Source of the DNA: Octopus bimaculoides
Taxonomy: Eukaryota
Reading direction: 5' to 3'
Assembly: GCF_001194135.2 (NCBI RefSeq)
Contig: NC_068988.1
Span: 16,269,928-16,311,434 of the forward strand
Length of the DNA stretch: 41,507 nt
The position numbers were made by a program, and so were the translations under genes. The notes beneath the pieces are model-generated. The model was given only the letters and a program-made list of their open reading frames with translations. It was not told where the DNA came from and did no database searches. How positions within the stretch are numbered: the stretch's first letter is position 1; the number at the start of each line of letters is the position of its first letter. Positions 11,099 to 24,011 of the stretch are shown here, piece by piece.

Positions 11099-11501
11099 TC
11101 CACATCTTTCAAAAACAAACGTTGCAAATCGCTTAGAATGGAGTAAAAACCTACAATATTGGTCCCTAGAGTAGTGGAAGAAAGTTAATTTCTCGGACGA
11201 GCCATCCTTTACCTTACTACCGACCACTGCCGAGGATACGTGTGGAGACAGCAAAAAGAAGCTTTTGAACCAGACTGCCTTCTTCCAACTGTTACCACGG
11301 AGGAGGATATGTGATGATTTGCGGGGCTATATCTTCAAAATCCGCCGACCCAATGATTTCTCTTTATGGCAAAATTAATAGTCAAGACTATTTAAGTATT
11401 TTATCTGGTCAAATTCATCCTATGGTTGCGGAACCTTTTCCAGGGGGAAACGCAATCTTTCAGGATGATAATGCACCAATTCACACACAGCTACTGAATG
11501 G
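11099..11501 (+). pseudogene. Tc1-family DD34E transposase fragment, frameshifted, no TIRs seen
   Basis: Translates PHLSKTNVANRLEWSKNLQYWSLE*WKKVNFSDEPSFTL..VWRQQKEAFEPDC../HGGGYVMICGAIS..YGKINSQDYLSIL..NAIFQDDNAPIHT. Contains the first (SDE) and second (QDDNAP) catalytic Asp motifs; the Glu region is missing. Confidence 0.9.
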
Positions 11502-12706
11502 TACAAAATCCAACTCAGATGCTCCTACATGCAAAATTTTGCGCCAGGAACTCATGTTCGGACAAGAGTCTCACTCTCCCAGAAAAACTTCAGTCAACAT
11601 ATATTTTAGCAGTAGAGCCGGTATTAAAACCAAGAGGTAGTTTTATCACCACTTAAACGCGGAGGTTGTATTAGAAAGAATACTTTACTGGTGTAGTTAC
11701 AATGGAAGAAACTCTCGTGTTGGCTCTTTGGCGATTGTGGTTGTTGGATGAAATGGAATGCGGTTGAAGCTCTGATAATATGAAGTCTTCTGATTAAAAT
11801 GAATCAGGATGAATATCAATTAAAAAATACAAAGGCAAGTGAAAATTGACCGCACTGCAACATTTATTTCCGTCGCTAAAGTGAATAAATACAGCAATTG
11901 CACAACAAATGGAACATTATCTGAAACTTTATGATTTCACAATGTTTCTCGAAGTTGAAGTTAATTGTGAGAAGAATCATGAAATATAACATCAAAGTTT
12001 CTGTTACAAATCTCTCCTGACTGAAACTACAAATTGATAGACACTGATCTCATCTCGAAGACCAAAGCTCTCTCGTAACTAAGTCCCATCCTTCCAGGAT
12101 TAGCGAAAAATCGTCCCTTAAATAGCTAATGTAGAGACGATGGGCTTGTCTGTCATGTTAAGGAGTGGAAATCCAAGTAAATCTAAATGAATTGGACCGT
12201 CAGGTAAGGAAACAAATTAGGTAGCTAAAAGTAAAAAAAACACAATGTGGGTAGCTAAATGTAAAGAACGATCATGTTTCTGCTACAGGTTTTTTATATT
12301 GCTACCAGGGAGAAAAATCGCTACAACATTCATTGCCGAGATCGCCAGTTCACGTGATTTTGGCCTTGTTTGGTCTTGTCAACGATGGACACTGGACCCC
12401 TAGAGACAGAAGCGATTCATCTCTAGTGATATATAGATTAACAGTGCCAGAACAGATGCTGGTGTCGCGATTAGCCTGTTAGCTTGTTAAAAGATATAAC
12501 GATAGAAGTATCATGAATACCGAGGGATAGTATTTATCCCCACTTAAACGTGAATGTTTAACCTCAAGTTTAATTGGCGATAAACATCACCTCACTTTAA
12601 TCAACATTTATGAAACTCTATCAATGTTACGAAATTCAATTACATATATGCGTGTATGAGTGTGTATGCATGGATGTGGGTATGTATGTGTATGTATATG
12701 GGACTG

Positions 12707-12708
<2 letters not shown>

Positions 12709-12790
<82 letters not shown>
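12709..12790. repeat. (TG)n microsatellite
   Basis: Direct inspection. Confidence 0.95.
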
Positions 12791-12792
<2 letters not shown>

Positions 12793-13319
12793 TATATCAT
12801 ATTTCAGAAAATGAATAACAAAATGATACACGTGTTGCCGAATATGTATTTACATGACGATCGTACGGGATTTCCGCTTTTCCTTAAAAAGGAAGGCGAT
12901 TTATGTGCCTACACCGAACCTTACACTTATTTACATAAAATTCATTATAAAAAGCAAAACAGAAATAATAGACTAGAGAAAATTAGTTGGTACTAGTAAA
13001 TACTAGGCTGTTAGTTTCTATCAACATTTATAAAATGGTATATTCCAGATATTACTTTTCAAGCGACTGCATCATTGATGTATTTTATGAGGTTGCTCTA
13101 GAAATTCCTCTCCACTGTTGGTTTTCAAGCTTTGTATCACCACCAATAATATCAATGTAACTGAGTCTTCATCATTCTCTATTACGGTGCTGAAGTATCC
13201 AAAATACAAATGTGACTTGGTAGAGTGGCCAGCGGATTCTATAGTGCGTCGATCAACAAAAATAGGGATGGATATTATGCAGCAATAGATTTTCTATTTC
13301 GTCCTGTGTCCAGACTAGG

Positions 13320-13712
13320 GTGGAGTGGAGGCGCAATGGCCCAGTGGTTAGAGCAGCAAACTCGCGGTCATAGGATCGTGGTTTCGATTCCCAGACCGGG
13401 CGTTGTGAGTGTTGATTGAGCGAAAATACCTAAAGCTCCACGAGGCTCCGGCAGGGGATGGTGGCAAACCCTGCTGTACTCTTTCACCACAACTTTCTCT
13501 CACTCTTACTTCCTGTTTCAGTTGTGCCTGTAATTCAAAGGGTCAGCCTTGTCGCACTCTGTGTCACGCTGAATATCCCCGAGAACTACGTTAAGGGTAC
13601 ACGTGTCTGTGGAGTGCTCAGACACTTGCACGTTAATTTCACGAGTAGGCTGTTCCGTTGATTGGATCAACTGGAACCCTCGACGTCGTAAGCGACGGAG
13701 TGCCAACAACAA
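13320..13712 (+). mobile_element. tRNA-derived SINE family C, full length, with (CAA)n tail and probable 9-bp TSD
   Basis: Colinear with 4716-5088. CAGACTAGG at 13311-13319 and 13714-13722 flanks it. Confidence 0.9.
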
Positions 13713-15022
13713 GCAGACTAGGAGATATATAAAGCCTTCATGAGAATCCTGTTCTGCGTATCATCTAGGCTATATTTATGCTGTTTACTTATCATATGGG
13801 TTTCAGCTCTATAAGCAAAAAATCTCTACAGCCCGAAGAAAGCCATGACTGAAATACTTTATTGGTTGCTTTTATGAAGCATGCTTGAAGTACACATACT
13901 TGTCCTTTCCAAATAAAGTAATCGTCATTTGTGTCAGTAACTTCTGACCCAAGACACTTGGAATCACTAACCTTCTCGAGTTATATATTAGCGCTGGAAC
14001 AGATGTCTAAGTTTTTTTTATCTTCATTGAAGGTCATACACTACATTTCCTGCAGCATTATCAACACCAAATAATAATGTACAGATACTTTATCTTGAAA
14101 ATATGGGCAATGGTCAATCAATAGAATTTTTGAAGATATTCAGAATTTTATAAGACATTCAGAATTTTATTTTCATATATATACATTGAGAAGAGTAAAT
14201 TGAAATACGGAGCAGTTTTAACAGAGTGTACATGAAATTTGTATATGAACTTTGAAGCGGAGTTCAAGGATGTTTGCACAAACATTCTTGGAAGCCAAGG
14301 ATGTTCTTGAGGAACACATTCATAAGAACGTGTTCGTCAAGGATATCATATTTACATCTTCATACAAACAGTTTTAGTACATATGAGAATAATCTTCTTA
14401 AATTGTCTGCATTCTAGAGATTTCAAGATCAGAGAAATTCAATTTCTCTCAAACTTTCCATTCCAACTACCATAAATATTTCATTTCGTAACTAATGTTC
14501 TATTTCAACCATTGCTAAAATTAATTCTCTACTATTCTCACTTTCAGAATCAATATGCAAATTTAAGTACTATTGGTGTTGCTGTTGTTCTTGTCATTGC
14601 TTTTGCTGTTGTTATTGTTGTTGTTGTAGATATTTTCGTATCATTTCACACTTAAAAAGAACGTCGGAAGTGAAATAATGAATAAGGAAGTTTCCAATAG
14701 CCAAATGATTTGTTAGTAATTGCTAGTGAATTCTGGCAACCCTATTATCTATTGCCATACAAAAGTAAGATTCATTAGACAAATGTGCCTCTTGTCAGCT
14801 TTTCATCTAGTTATAACGTTGTTTTATCCCGACGTTTGCTACTCTCTTCTAACAATATTATTTTGCAGAAAATACAAATCGCTATAACTCAAAGAGATTT
14901 CTTTCGGTCTATTTATATTTATCTCTTTTTTCCATATATTTTTCTTTCCTACATTTACTGTCTTTCTACTACTTCCTATATAAATGTGTGCGTGTGTGTG
15001 TGTGTAATCACACATACACACA

Positions 15023-15077
<55 letters not shown>

Positions 15078-15139
15078 ATCTAAATATATGCAAACATGTA
15101 TGTGTGTGTGGGTATGGATGTGTATATGTGCGTATATAT

Positions 15140-15365
15140 GTGTGAGTGTTTATGTGTGCCTTTGCGTCTGTGTTTGTCTCGCCCACACCGCTTGACAAAC
15201 GACACTGGCGTGTTTAATTCACCGCCACTAGCATTTCAGCGGAAGGTCCCAATAGAATAAGTACTAGGCTTTAAAAGACATACATCTTTGGGTCGATAGA
15301 AGGTGGTACCCCAGCATCGCCGCAGTCTAATCGCTAAAACACGTAAGGGATGAAAAGTAAAGGAT
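15140..15365 (+). mobile_element. SINE family A, 3' half
   Basis: GTCTGTGTTTGTC..CCGCTTGACAA..AATAGAATAAGTACTAGGCTTTAAAAG..GGTGGTACCCCAGCAT..CCGCAGTCTAAT. Confidence 0.75.
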
Positions 15366-15599
15366 ATATATATTCTTTAATTCTTTAAATTTGTTCAGCT
15401 TTAAAACTGCGGTCATGCTGGGGTACCACCATTGGCTGTGCTACACCATTATTTAAAATCCCCTCTGATATATGACATTTGGTGAATGAGGGAGTTTGAT
15501 GTTGCTGCCCTCATCAGGGCTCATCTGGAAACCTTGACAGTAGGAGAACCAGTTTTTTTAAGACACCTACACCCGCGCCATGCAAGTCTCTCAGGCATT

Positions 15600-16337
15600 T
15601 TGCGTACAGTTCTACCGATTACATTGGGGTTATTTTTCAAAATGTCCCAGCTCTGGCGCGCCAAATTCTGGAAACAAATCTGCAGAGAATAATTCACTGC
15701 AGTATATGTTGCCGGCTGGCGAACATAACTATTTAAATTATTATTTATATGTAGAGAGTGATAAATTGAATATTAATTCAATTGAAAACCAAGTGGCCTT
15801 GCTTATACAAAAATCTGAAAATTCAGAAAAATCGTATTACATGTGTATAAGAAGGAATCACCACTGTAATCGGTAGAACTGTACGCAAGTCTATTTTTAT
15901 GAAGAAAATTCGTGTATAGTTCTGCAAATTATACTGATTCTAGAACGATTGTGCTGATTAGAACACAGATGTTGTTACGTAAGTAAAACGTTAATCTTCG
16001 AAACCGGTACACAATTAATTCTTTATTCTTTATATTTCTCCTTTTGTCTTGTTCTGGTGTTTCGTGAATTTTTTTTCCAGAGAACATTACTCTTCTTTGT
16101 GGTTGGTTCGTTGATGACTTCTTTCTAGCATATAGGATGTCCACTTAGTGGTCATCCCTTCTTATACACATGTAATGCAATTTTTCTGAATTTTCGAAAC
16201 CGGTACACAGTTCTTTATCTGTATATTTCTCATTTTGTCTTGTTTTGTCTTCTGGTGTTTTGCGAAATTTGCTGGAGAACATTATTCTACTTTGTGGTTG
16301 TGTCGTTGATGACCTCTTTCTAGCAGATATGATGTCT

Positions 16338-16340
<3 letters not shown>
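15600..16340. repeat. Composite of nested inverted repeats and a 196-bp-period direct repeat, probably rearranged DNA-transposon/MITE ends
   Basis: 24-bp perfect IR 15600-15623/15865-15888; 49-bp IR 15817-15865/16147-16195 (45/49 by eye); diverged direct repeat starting TTCGAAACCGGTACACA at 15997 and 16193. Confidence 0.7.

Positions 16341-16415
<75 letters not shown>
16339..16415. repeat. (CA)n microsatellite
   Basis: Direct inspection; runs into the gap. Confidence 0.95.
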
Positions 16416-16694
16416 NNNNNNNNNNNNNNNNNNNNNNNNNNNNNNNNNNNNNNNNNNNNNNNNNNNNNNNNNNNNNNNNNNNNNNNNNNNNNNNNNNNNN
16501 NNNNNNNNNNNNNNNNNNNNNNNNNNNNNNNNNNNNNNNNNNNNNNNNNNNNNNNNNNNNNNNNNNNNNNNNNNNNNNNNNNNNNNNNNNNNNNNNNNNN
16601 NNNNNNNNNNNNNNNNNNNNNNNNNNNNNNNNNNNNNNNNNNNNNNNNNNNNNNNNNNNNNNNNNNNNNNNNNNNNNNNNNNNNNNNNNNNNNN
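16416..16694. other. assembly gap (N-run)
   Basis: Ns between (CA)n and (TA)n. Confidence 0.99.
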
Positions 16695-17884
16695 ATATAT
16701 ATATATATATAGTTGTTGGATACTTCAATCCACAGTTTCAAATACCCAAATACATGCATGCAGATACAGACGCACAAACCTAGATGTGCATAATTACATA
16801 CAGACACAATTGCACGTGCTTAGCCATCAACACGCATATATCCATTTTAGCAGAGTAAGGACTGCTTATAGAGCGAAACAAATTGTAATTTTCAGAGACA
16901 TCGCTTCGTAGCTCGCCTTATTGATTGAAGAGTTAATTAATTCAATTAATCAGTAATAAATTAGTATTAATTAATTATCCCTTTACTTGACGCTATCTAT
17001 TTTGGGGAAGTGCATTTAGTGGCATCCGGTCTAAATTAATTAGAAGGCTTTTCAGTTAACGAGGAAAATTCATTGGTGGATCAATCGTAATAATCATCTC
17101 TTCTGCTACAATATAGATTCTGATATATTTGTATATACATACATGGCATTACAGGTATTGAGTCAGAACATACATGCGTAGAGACGCAGGTGTGGTTGTG
17201 CGATGAGAAGTTTGCTTCTCAAAGACATGATTCCGTGGAACGCTGGGAAACTGTCGCTGGAAACGTTTTGTGTTATTGATGATTCGTTTGACAGAAACTG
17301 AAAGAGGCCCTTCATATAGATACTCGAATATGCAAAAAGGATTTTTTCCTGTGATTGTGTTTGTATTTGTCAACCGGTTCTGGTTTGTTTACGCCTGCGT
17401 AATCTAGCCGTCTTAAAATATATGTTAAGCTCAATTCTTTCCGTAAAAAATCCATTAGTGTGGTGATGTAGAATGGCTTCAGTCCAGTAAGAAGATAAGG
17501 AATAAAAGATTCACGCATTCACAAATGCTTGCACTTACGTATCACATATCTAACTATATTTATATTTTATAGTTATTTACATGCATGCAACATTTTGTGT
17601 GCATATGTATGTTTGTATATATAGGGTATGCTCGTAGTAGTAAGCCGATGAAGCACGTTCACTGCTTGTGGCTACATGACATCATCCACAGTATATTCAC
17701 AAGTGTCACTAGATCTACCTCAGAAATTCCTCAGCATACATTGTGTATACAACAACTGATTCCATTTTCTTTCTCCATCATTACTGATATATATGTACAC
17801 ACACACACACAAACACACACACAGACACAAACACACACAGACACACACACACAGACACACACATATACACAATAATAGTAATCA

Positions 17885-18080
17885 TCCTCCTTTTTACTAT
17901 GGGCACAAGGCCTGAAATCTTGGGGGAAGGGTCTAGTTGCTTACATCGACCGCAGTGTATTACTGGTGCATAATTCATCGACCCCGAAAGGATAGAAGGC
18001 AAAGTCTACCTCGGCAGAATTTGAACTGAGAACGTAGCGGCAGACAAAATACCGCTAAGCATTTTGTCCGGCTGCTAATA
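17885..18080 (-). mobile_element. SINE family B
   Basis: GGCACAAGGCCTGAAAT..ATCGACCCCGAAAGGAT..CCTCGGCAGAATTTGAACTGAGAACGTAG..GCTAAGCATTTTGTCCGG. Confidence 0.85.
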
Positions 18081-18215
18081 ACAATAATAATCGTCGATGT
18101 AATCCTGAAAAACTGGTTCACTAGTCAGCATCATTAGAAAGTGGTTGGCATAACAGTGTAGGAACTTTATTTTGCATATTCAAAATGTTTCCCGTAGGGA
18201 AATTCTACGTATGTA

Positions 18216-18996
18216 NNNNNNNNNNNNNNNNNNNNNNNNNNNNNNNNNNNNNNNNNNNNNNNNNNNNNNNNNNNNNNNNNNNNNNNNNNNNNNNNNNNNN
18301 NNNNNNNNNNNNNNNNNNNNNNNNNNNNNNNNNNNNNNNNNNNNNNNNNNNNNNNNNNNNNNNNNNNNNNNNNNNNNNNNNNNNNNNNNNNNNNNNNNNN
18401 NNNNNNNNNNNNNNNNNNNNNNNNNNNNNNNNNNNNNNNNNNNNNNNNNNNNNNNNNNNNNNNNNNNNNNNNNNNNNNNNNNNNNNNNNNNNNNNNNNNN
18501 NNNNNNNNNNNNNNNNNNNNNNNNNNNNNNNNNNNNNNNNNNNNNNNNNNNNNNNNNNNNNNNNNNNNNNNNNNNNNNNNNNNNNNNNNNNNNNNNNNNN
18601 NNNNNNNNNNNNNNNNNNNNNNNNNNNNNNNNNNNNNNNNNNNNNNNNNNNNNNNNNNNNNNNNNNNNNNNNNNNNNNNNNNNNNNNNNNNNNNNNNNNN
18701 NNNNNNNNNNNNNNNNNNNNNNNNNNNNNNNNNNNNNNNNNNNNNNNNNNNNNNNNNNNNNNNNNNNNNNNNNNNNNNNNNNNNNNNNNNNNNNNNNNNN
18801 NNNNNNNNNNNNNNNNNNNNNNNNNNNNNNNNNNNNNNNNNNNNNNNNNNNNNNNNNNNNNNNNNNNNNNNNNNNNNNNNNNNNNNNNNNNNNNNNNNNN
18901 NNNNNNNNNNNNNNNNNNNNNNNNNNNNNNNNNNNNNNNNNNNNNNNNNNNNNNNNNNNNNNNNNNNNNNNNNNNNNNNNNNNNNNNNNNNNNNNN
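18216..18996. other. assembly gap (N-run)
   Basis: Ns. Confidence 0.99.
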
Positions 18997-19601
18997 TATA
19001 TATATATATATGAATGAAGGAATGGAGGTATGTACTTTTTATTTATGTGTGTATACTCATACAAATACATAAAAATGGACGGGTAGATGGATGGAGTTAA
19101 CGGATTGATGAAAGGGAAGATCGACGGATTGATAGGAGGGATGGATGGATGCCAAATTACATGATGTAAGAACGTAATGTATTATTCAGTAAAATATGGA
19201 CCGCGAGACCATTACGACTTAAATAACCAAGCAAGACATTATTTATACATGTTGTTAGTTTATGATATTCACTGAATGGGTGCGAGTTTTATGGCAAACT
19301 GCATGCAATAGGAAGCGATTTATTACTATTAAAAATCTTTTCTCGACTACATAAAACCATAGAGACTGACAATAAACTTGGACTTAATGAGGAATCGTTG
19401 ACAGTGTGTATTCAAAACTCGAATATGAACACTATCACGACAAACACACACGAATACATGCATACATACATACGTACATACATACATACATACACACACA
19501 GAGCGAGCTAGCTGGTAAGATAGATGCTTATATGTTTGAGTGTGTGTGTGTCTATGTGTGTGCGTATGTATAGATGTGTATATACGCATGAATGTATGTC
19601 A

Positions 19602-19642
<41 letters not shown>

Positions 19643-19837
19643 NNNNNNNNNNNNNNNNNNNNNNNNNNNNNNNNNNNNNNNNNNNNNNNNNNNNNNNNNN
19701 NNNNNNNNNNNNNNNNNNNNNNNNNNNNNNNNNNNNNNNNNNNNNNNNNNNNNNNNNNNNNNNNNNNNNNNNNNNNNNNNNNNNNNNNNNNNNNNNNNNN
19801 NNNNNNNNNNNNNNNNNNNNNNNNNNNNNNNNNNNNN
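19643..19837. other. assembly gap (N-run)
   Basis: Ns after (TA)n. Confidence 0.99.
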
Positions 19838-20519
19838 CACGAAACCTGTGTCCTTTATACATAGCTAGCTAGAGGCGATGGTTTCTTGGAGCTAATTCAC
19901 GGCAGCTTTCGTCCTAATTTTGGGACTGCCATGTTGGCTTGGCGATAACTATTAATTTCCAGTACCGCTGCCGTAGTCTCCTTTAGAGAGACTTAGAAAT
20001 ATTAATAACTCTATATATATACGTACATATGTATGTATGTGTGCCGGTATATATACGCACACATGTATCCCTCTATCTAGCATTTCCTCTTTTTCTCTGG
20101 GCGTATGTGTTTGTGTGTGTGTGTTTGTGTGTGTGTGTGCGCGTATATATATATTGAGAATTGCGCAAATTTATACAGCAATTTGTTTTTAATAAACTAG
20201 TCGTGATTCTTTCAAAAATTATTCAGTTTTCTAATCTAAACCTATAATGTGACTATTTCAGGGTTTCAAGTTATGCGCCATGTGCTTACATTATACAACA
20301 CTGTAATTATTCTATGTATTTCGACAACAAAATTTGAGCAGCTTTTTTTCCAACATTCCTACATTCCATAAATACACTTTCATTACAATTAAGATTAAGA
20401 ATAGGGATACATTAGTCGCAAATTTTTCCCCACCTACTTTAATTAGCCACACACGATTATATTATATTTCATTTCGTTAATTTTCATGTTAACATTTTTT
20501 ATATATAAACTTTAATATG

Positions 20520-20727
20520 GGTTTCAAATTTTCGGACAAGGCCTAAGATTTCGGAGAGGAGCTAAATCGATTACATTAACTCCAGTGATCAGCTGGTACT
20601 TATTTCATCGACTCCGAAACGATGAACGGCACAGTGAGCCCCGGTGGCATTTGTAATGAGGCCATAAAGACTGACGAAATGACGCTAAGCATTTCCCCCG
20701 GCTTGCTAATTGTTCTGCCAGCTCACC
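20520..20727 (-). mobile_element. SINE family B
   Basis: TTTCAAATTTT..CAAGGCC..CTGGTACTTATTTCATCGAC..GCTAAGCATTTC..TTCTGCCAGCTCACC. Confidence 0.8.
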
Positions 20728-20750
20728 GGCGTATGTAAATTCATATGAAG

Positions 20751-20965
20751 GGGCGAGATGGCACAATCGTTAGCACGCCTGATGAAATGCTTAGCCGCAT
20801 TTCGTCCATCTTATTGTTCTAAGTTCATATTCCACCAAGGTTGACCTAGCATTTCCTCCTTTCGGGGTTGATAAATTAAGTTCCAGTTGAAAAATTGGGA
20901 CAATGTAATCGACTTACTTCGTCGCCTCAAAGTGTTTACTTTGTACCAAAATTTGAAATCAGTAT
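20751..20965 (+). mobile_element. SINE family B, head-to-head with the previous copy
   Basis: GGGCGAGATGGCACAATCGTTAGCACGCC..GAAATGCTTAGC..CCTTTCGGGGTTGATAAATTAAGT..GTAATCGACTT..AAATTTGAAA. Confidence 0.8.
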
Positions 20966-22489
20966 TAATGGCGATATATTCTAGCTTATTCATTTGTATC
21001 CATTCGGGTAACCGCCGTAGAATCCATTGTTTTATATCTTGAAGGCAATTTAGGCGCCTCAAGGAAGTATATAATACACAGGTGTGTTGTTCATTCATGG
21101 TAGCTTTGTTAAGCACGGTAGGGTATTATATATGTTAGTACGGACCACATAGTAGCATATTAAACATAGCAGTGTCTCTTTTATGGTGGGTGTTATTTAC
21201 AGTACTTTTTTCTTATGGTAATATGTTATACATGATAACGTACTGTACTTAGTATTTGACTTGTTTATTCAACTCACCTCACCCTTACTGTTTGAGGTTT
21301 GACCTACAACTAGTAGATATTATATTACCTCTCCTCTCTGTCTTAAAGTTAGAACTACACAGTGGGCAATATAATCACTGATAAACCAAAAGAAAGGACA
21401 ATCGCGACACTAGAAATAAACAAGATGGTAGGTTGAAACGTGAGTTTACTATCCGATTTTGGAAATAAAATGGAGATAAAGGAATGCAGTTATTTTATCT
21501 TTCAAAATGTTCGAATTAGTCTCATGTGAAACAGGCCACATATATAAGCTGTGATTCATTAACGTTCTTGATAATTTTTAGCTGAGCTCTGTTAACAAAC
21601 TAATCTATGCCTGAAAATTTTGTCTAGAAATCCAAGTCGCGATACTTGAGATGAATAAACCGGCCAAAGATCATGACAAGATAATCTCTCAACAGATGAA
21701 CAATTTTATGAAAGCAAAGATTACGGTGAAGGTCGTAACTAAATTCCGTAAATATTGCATTGAATTATTGTAATATATTAGTTTTATATATTTAATATGC
21801 TAGGTTAGTGTGATCAAGTTTGACCTTTATTATTTCAAGACCAATAAGAATGTACCCATCTAAAACAATGGATTAGCTGAACTGGAAGAGCGTCAGGTGA
21901 GGAACCTTGTAGAGTCTGTGGTAGTCCTTTCGATTCAGTGTCATCCCAGTGTGATAACAATGGAGCGAAGCTGTAGCAGCCCTTAAATGGCGTATTTTCT
22001 CTACGACAATATCGTTAGCATAGAAAGGAAAGATTTACATGCATGGCAGCAGCCAATCTAAATGCATTAACACATACAAAGACATGAAGCCTGCCCAGGC
22101 CTGTATACACATGCGTTAATACATGATCAAACCTTATCGACGGAAATATCTGGATATTGATTAAGTATCATTTTCGGTCGTATTTAAAGCAAAAAAGAAA
22201 AAAGAAAAAAGAAAAAGAAAAAAAAGACAAATGAAAAAAATGGAAGAAAGCACTGTTCGTTAATAACAGAAACAAGGTTAATTTTCTATGTTTCAATTTT
22301 GTTTTACACTATTGTGGTAATTCTTTTGACCAGTTAATATAACCTACATAATTTATTGTGTATTCAATTATGCTGCCGATACTAAATACGTTTATAGCTT
22401 TATGATATGGGAACGGTAAGGAAAATATATGAAGTACCTTATATACATACATACATACATACATACATTTATATATATTCATTTAAAAT

Positions 22490-22808
22490 GCAGAGATGCC
22501 TATAATAGGACATCTACTCGCTAGAAATAGCAGCAAAAGACTACATACCACAAAAATTTGGGATAATTTCGAAAGGAAATGAAAAATAAAAACTTTTACC
22601 AATCTATATTCTGTACCATGGTTTCAAGTCAATTTTAGTAAGATATAATCTTTATCTTACTAAAATTGACTTGAAACCATGGTACAGAATATAGATTGGT
22701 AAAAGTTTTTATTTTTCATTTCCTTTCGAAATTATCCCAAATTTTTGTGGTATGTAGTCTTTTGCTGCTATTTCTAGCGAGTAGATGTCCTATTATAGGC
22801 ATCTCTGC
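22490..22808. repeat. Perfect palindrome with 156-bp arms and 7-nt spacer, abutting a gap
   Basis: 22490-22645 is the exact reverse complement of 22653-22808; spacer TAATCTT. Confidence 0.95.
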
Positions 22809-23382
22809 NNNNNNNNNNNNNNNNNNNNNNNNNNNNNNNNNNNNNNNNNNNNNNNNNNNNNNNNNNNNNNNNNNNNNNNNNNNNNNNNNNNNNNNNNNNN
22901 NNNNNNNNNNNNNNNNNNNNNNNNNNNNNNNNNNNNNNNNNNNNNNNNNNNNNNNNNNNNNNNNNNNNNNNNNNNNNNNNNNNNNNNNNNNNNNNNNNNN
23001 NNNNNNNNNNNNNNNNNNNNNNNNNNNNNNNNNNNNNNNNNNNNNNNNNNNNNNNNNNNNNNNNNNNNNNNNNNNNNNNNNNNNNNNNNNNNNNNNNNNN
23101 NNNNNNNNNNNNNNNNNNNNNNNNNNNNNNNNNNNNNNNNNNNNNNNNNNNNNNNNNNNNNNNNNNNNNNNNNNNNNNNNNNNNNNNNNNNNNNNNNNNN
23201 NNNNNNNNNNNNNNNNNNNNNNNNNNNNNNNNNNNNNNNNNNNNNNNNNNNNNNNNNNNNNNNNNNNNNNNNNNNNNNNNNNNNNNNNNNNNNNNNNNNN
23301 NNNNNNNNNNNNNNNNNNNNNNNNNNNNNNNNNNNNNNNNNNNNNNNNNNNNNNNNNNNNNNNNNNNNNNNNNNNNNNNNNN
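22809..23382. other. assembly gap (N-run)
   Basis: Ns directly after the palindrome. Confidence 0.99.
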
Positions 23383-23571
23383 AGGAAATTTTTGTATTTT
23401 GCTAGGGCCGAAACTGCCCCTGGGGGTCAATTCCTGCCCTTGAAAATACACACAAATGAAGCCTAGGTGCTTCGCAACAAAATTATTAAAAAATTCCAAC
23501 AAAATGTGGACAGTAAAAGGTCAAATAAACGTTTACCTTCGCAGCCGATGTGACAGCACGTCCGTGAGAAG

Positions 23572-23572
<1 letters not shown>

Positions 23573-23610
<38 letters not shown>
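23573..23610. repeat. (GATA)n microsatellite
   Basis: Direct inspection. Confidence 0.95.
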
Positions 23611-23890
23611 AAGATCATGTTTAGTTAAATATTGTACGGTCTTAAGGTCGTTGGTTAATCTTAAAACAATTTATTTTATTAACAAATCATGTTCAGTTAT
23701 GTTTTTCATGTGTCTGGCAAAATAACAACTGGAACTAAAGAACTGAATAATTAAAATACCTGAGAAATATTAATATAGATGAAAGGACAATGATCTTGTG
23801 CTGTGAAGCAGAGAAATATAAACAATTTTGTGTTAAACTAAATACCTTCTTTTTCTGCTCACTTGTCTGCTCTCACGGTCTCAGTAATTT

Positions 23891-23912
23891 CATTATCATC
23901 ATCATCATCATT

Positions 23913-23958
<46 letters not shown>

Positions 23959-24011
23959 CCACCATCATCATCATCATCATCATCATCATTATTATTATTA
24001 TTATTATTATT
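23891..24011. repeat. Compound (CAT)n-(ATT)n microsatellite
   Basis: Direct inspection. Confidence 0.95.

Noticed and set aside
11615-12560. Two similar ~45-bp words containing TTTATC.CCACTTAAACG (near 11640 and 12530)
   Set aside because: Probably remnants of an old dispersed repeat; too short to classify.
15500-15525. CTGATGAG on the minus strand within GCCCTCATCAGGGC
   Set aside because: No GAAA after a stem II; just a short palindrome.
17130-17520. Unique, relatively GC-rich stretch with short ORFs on both strands
   Set aside because: No frame gave a recognisable domain and all are interrupted by stops.
19845-19865. CTGTGTCCTTTATACAT next to a gap (and a similar word near 21065-21085) resembling the Nextera/Tn5 mosaic end
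   Set aside because: Only about 13-14 of 19 positions match; adapter contamination would be exact.
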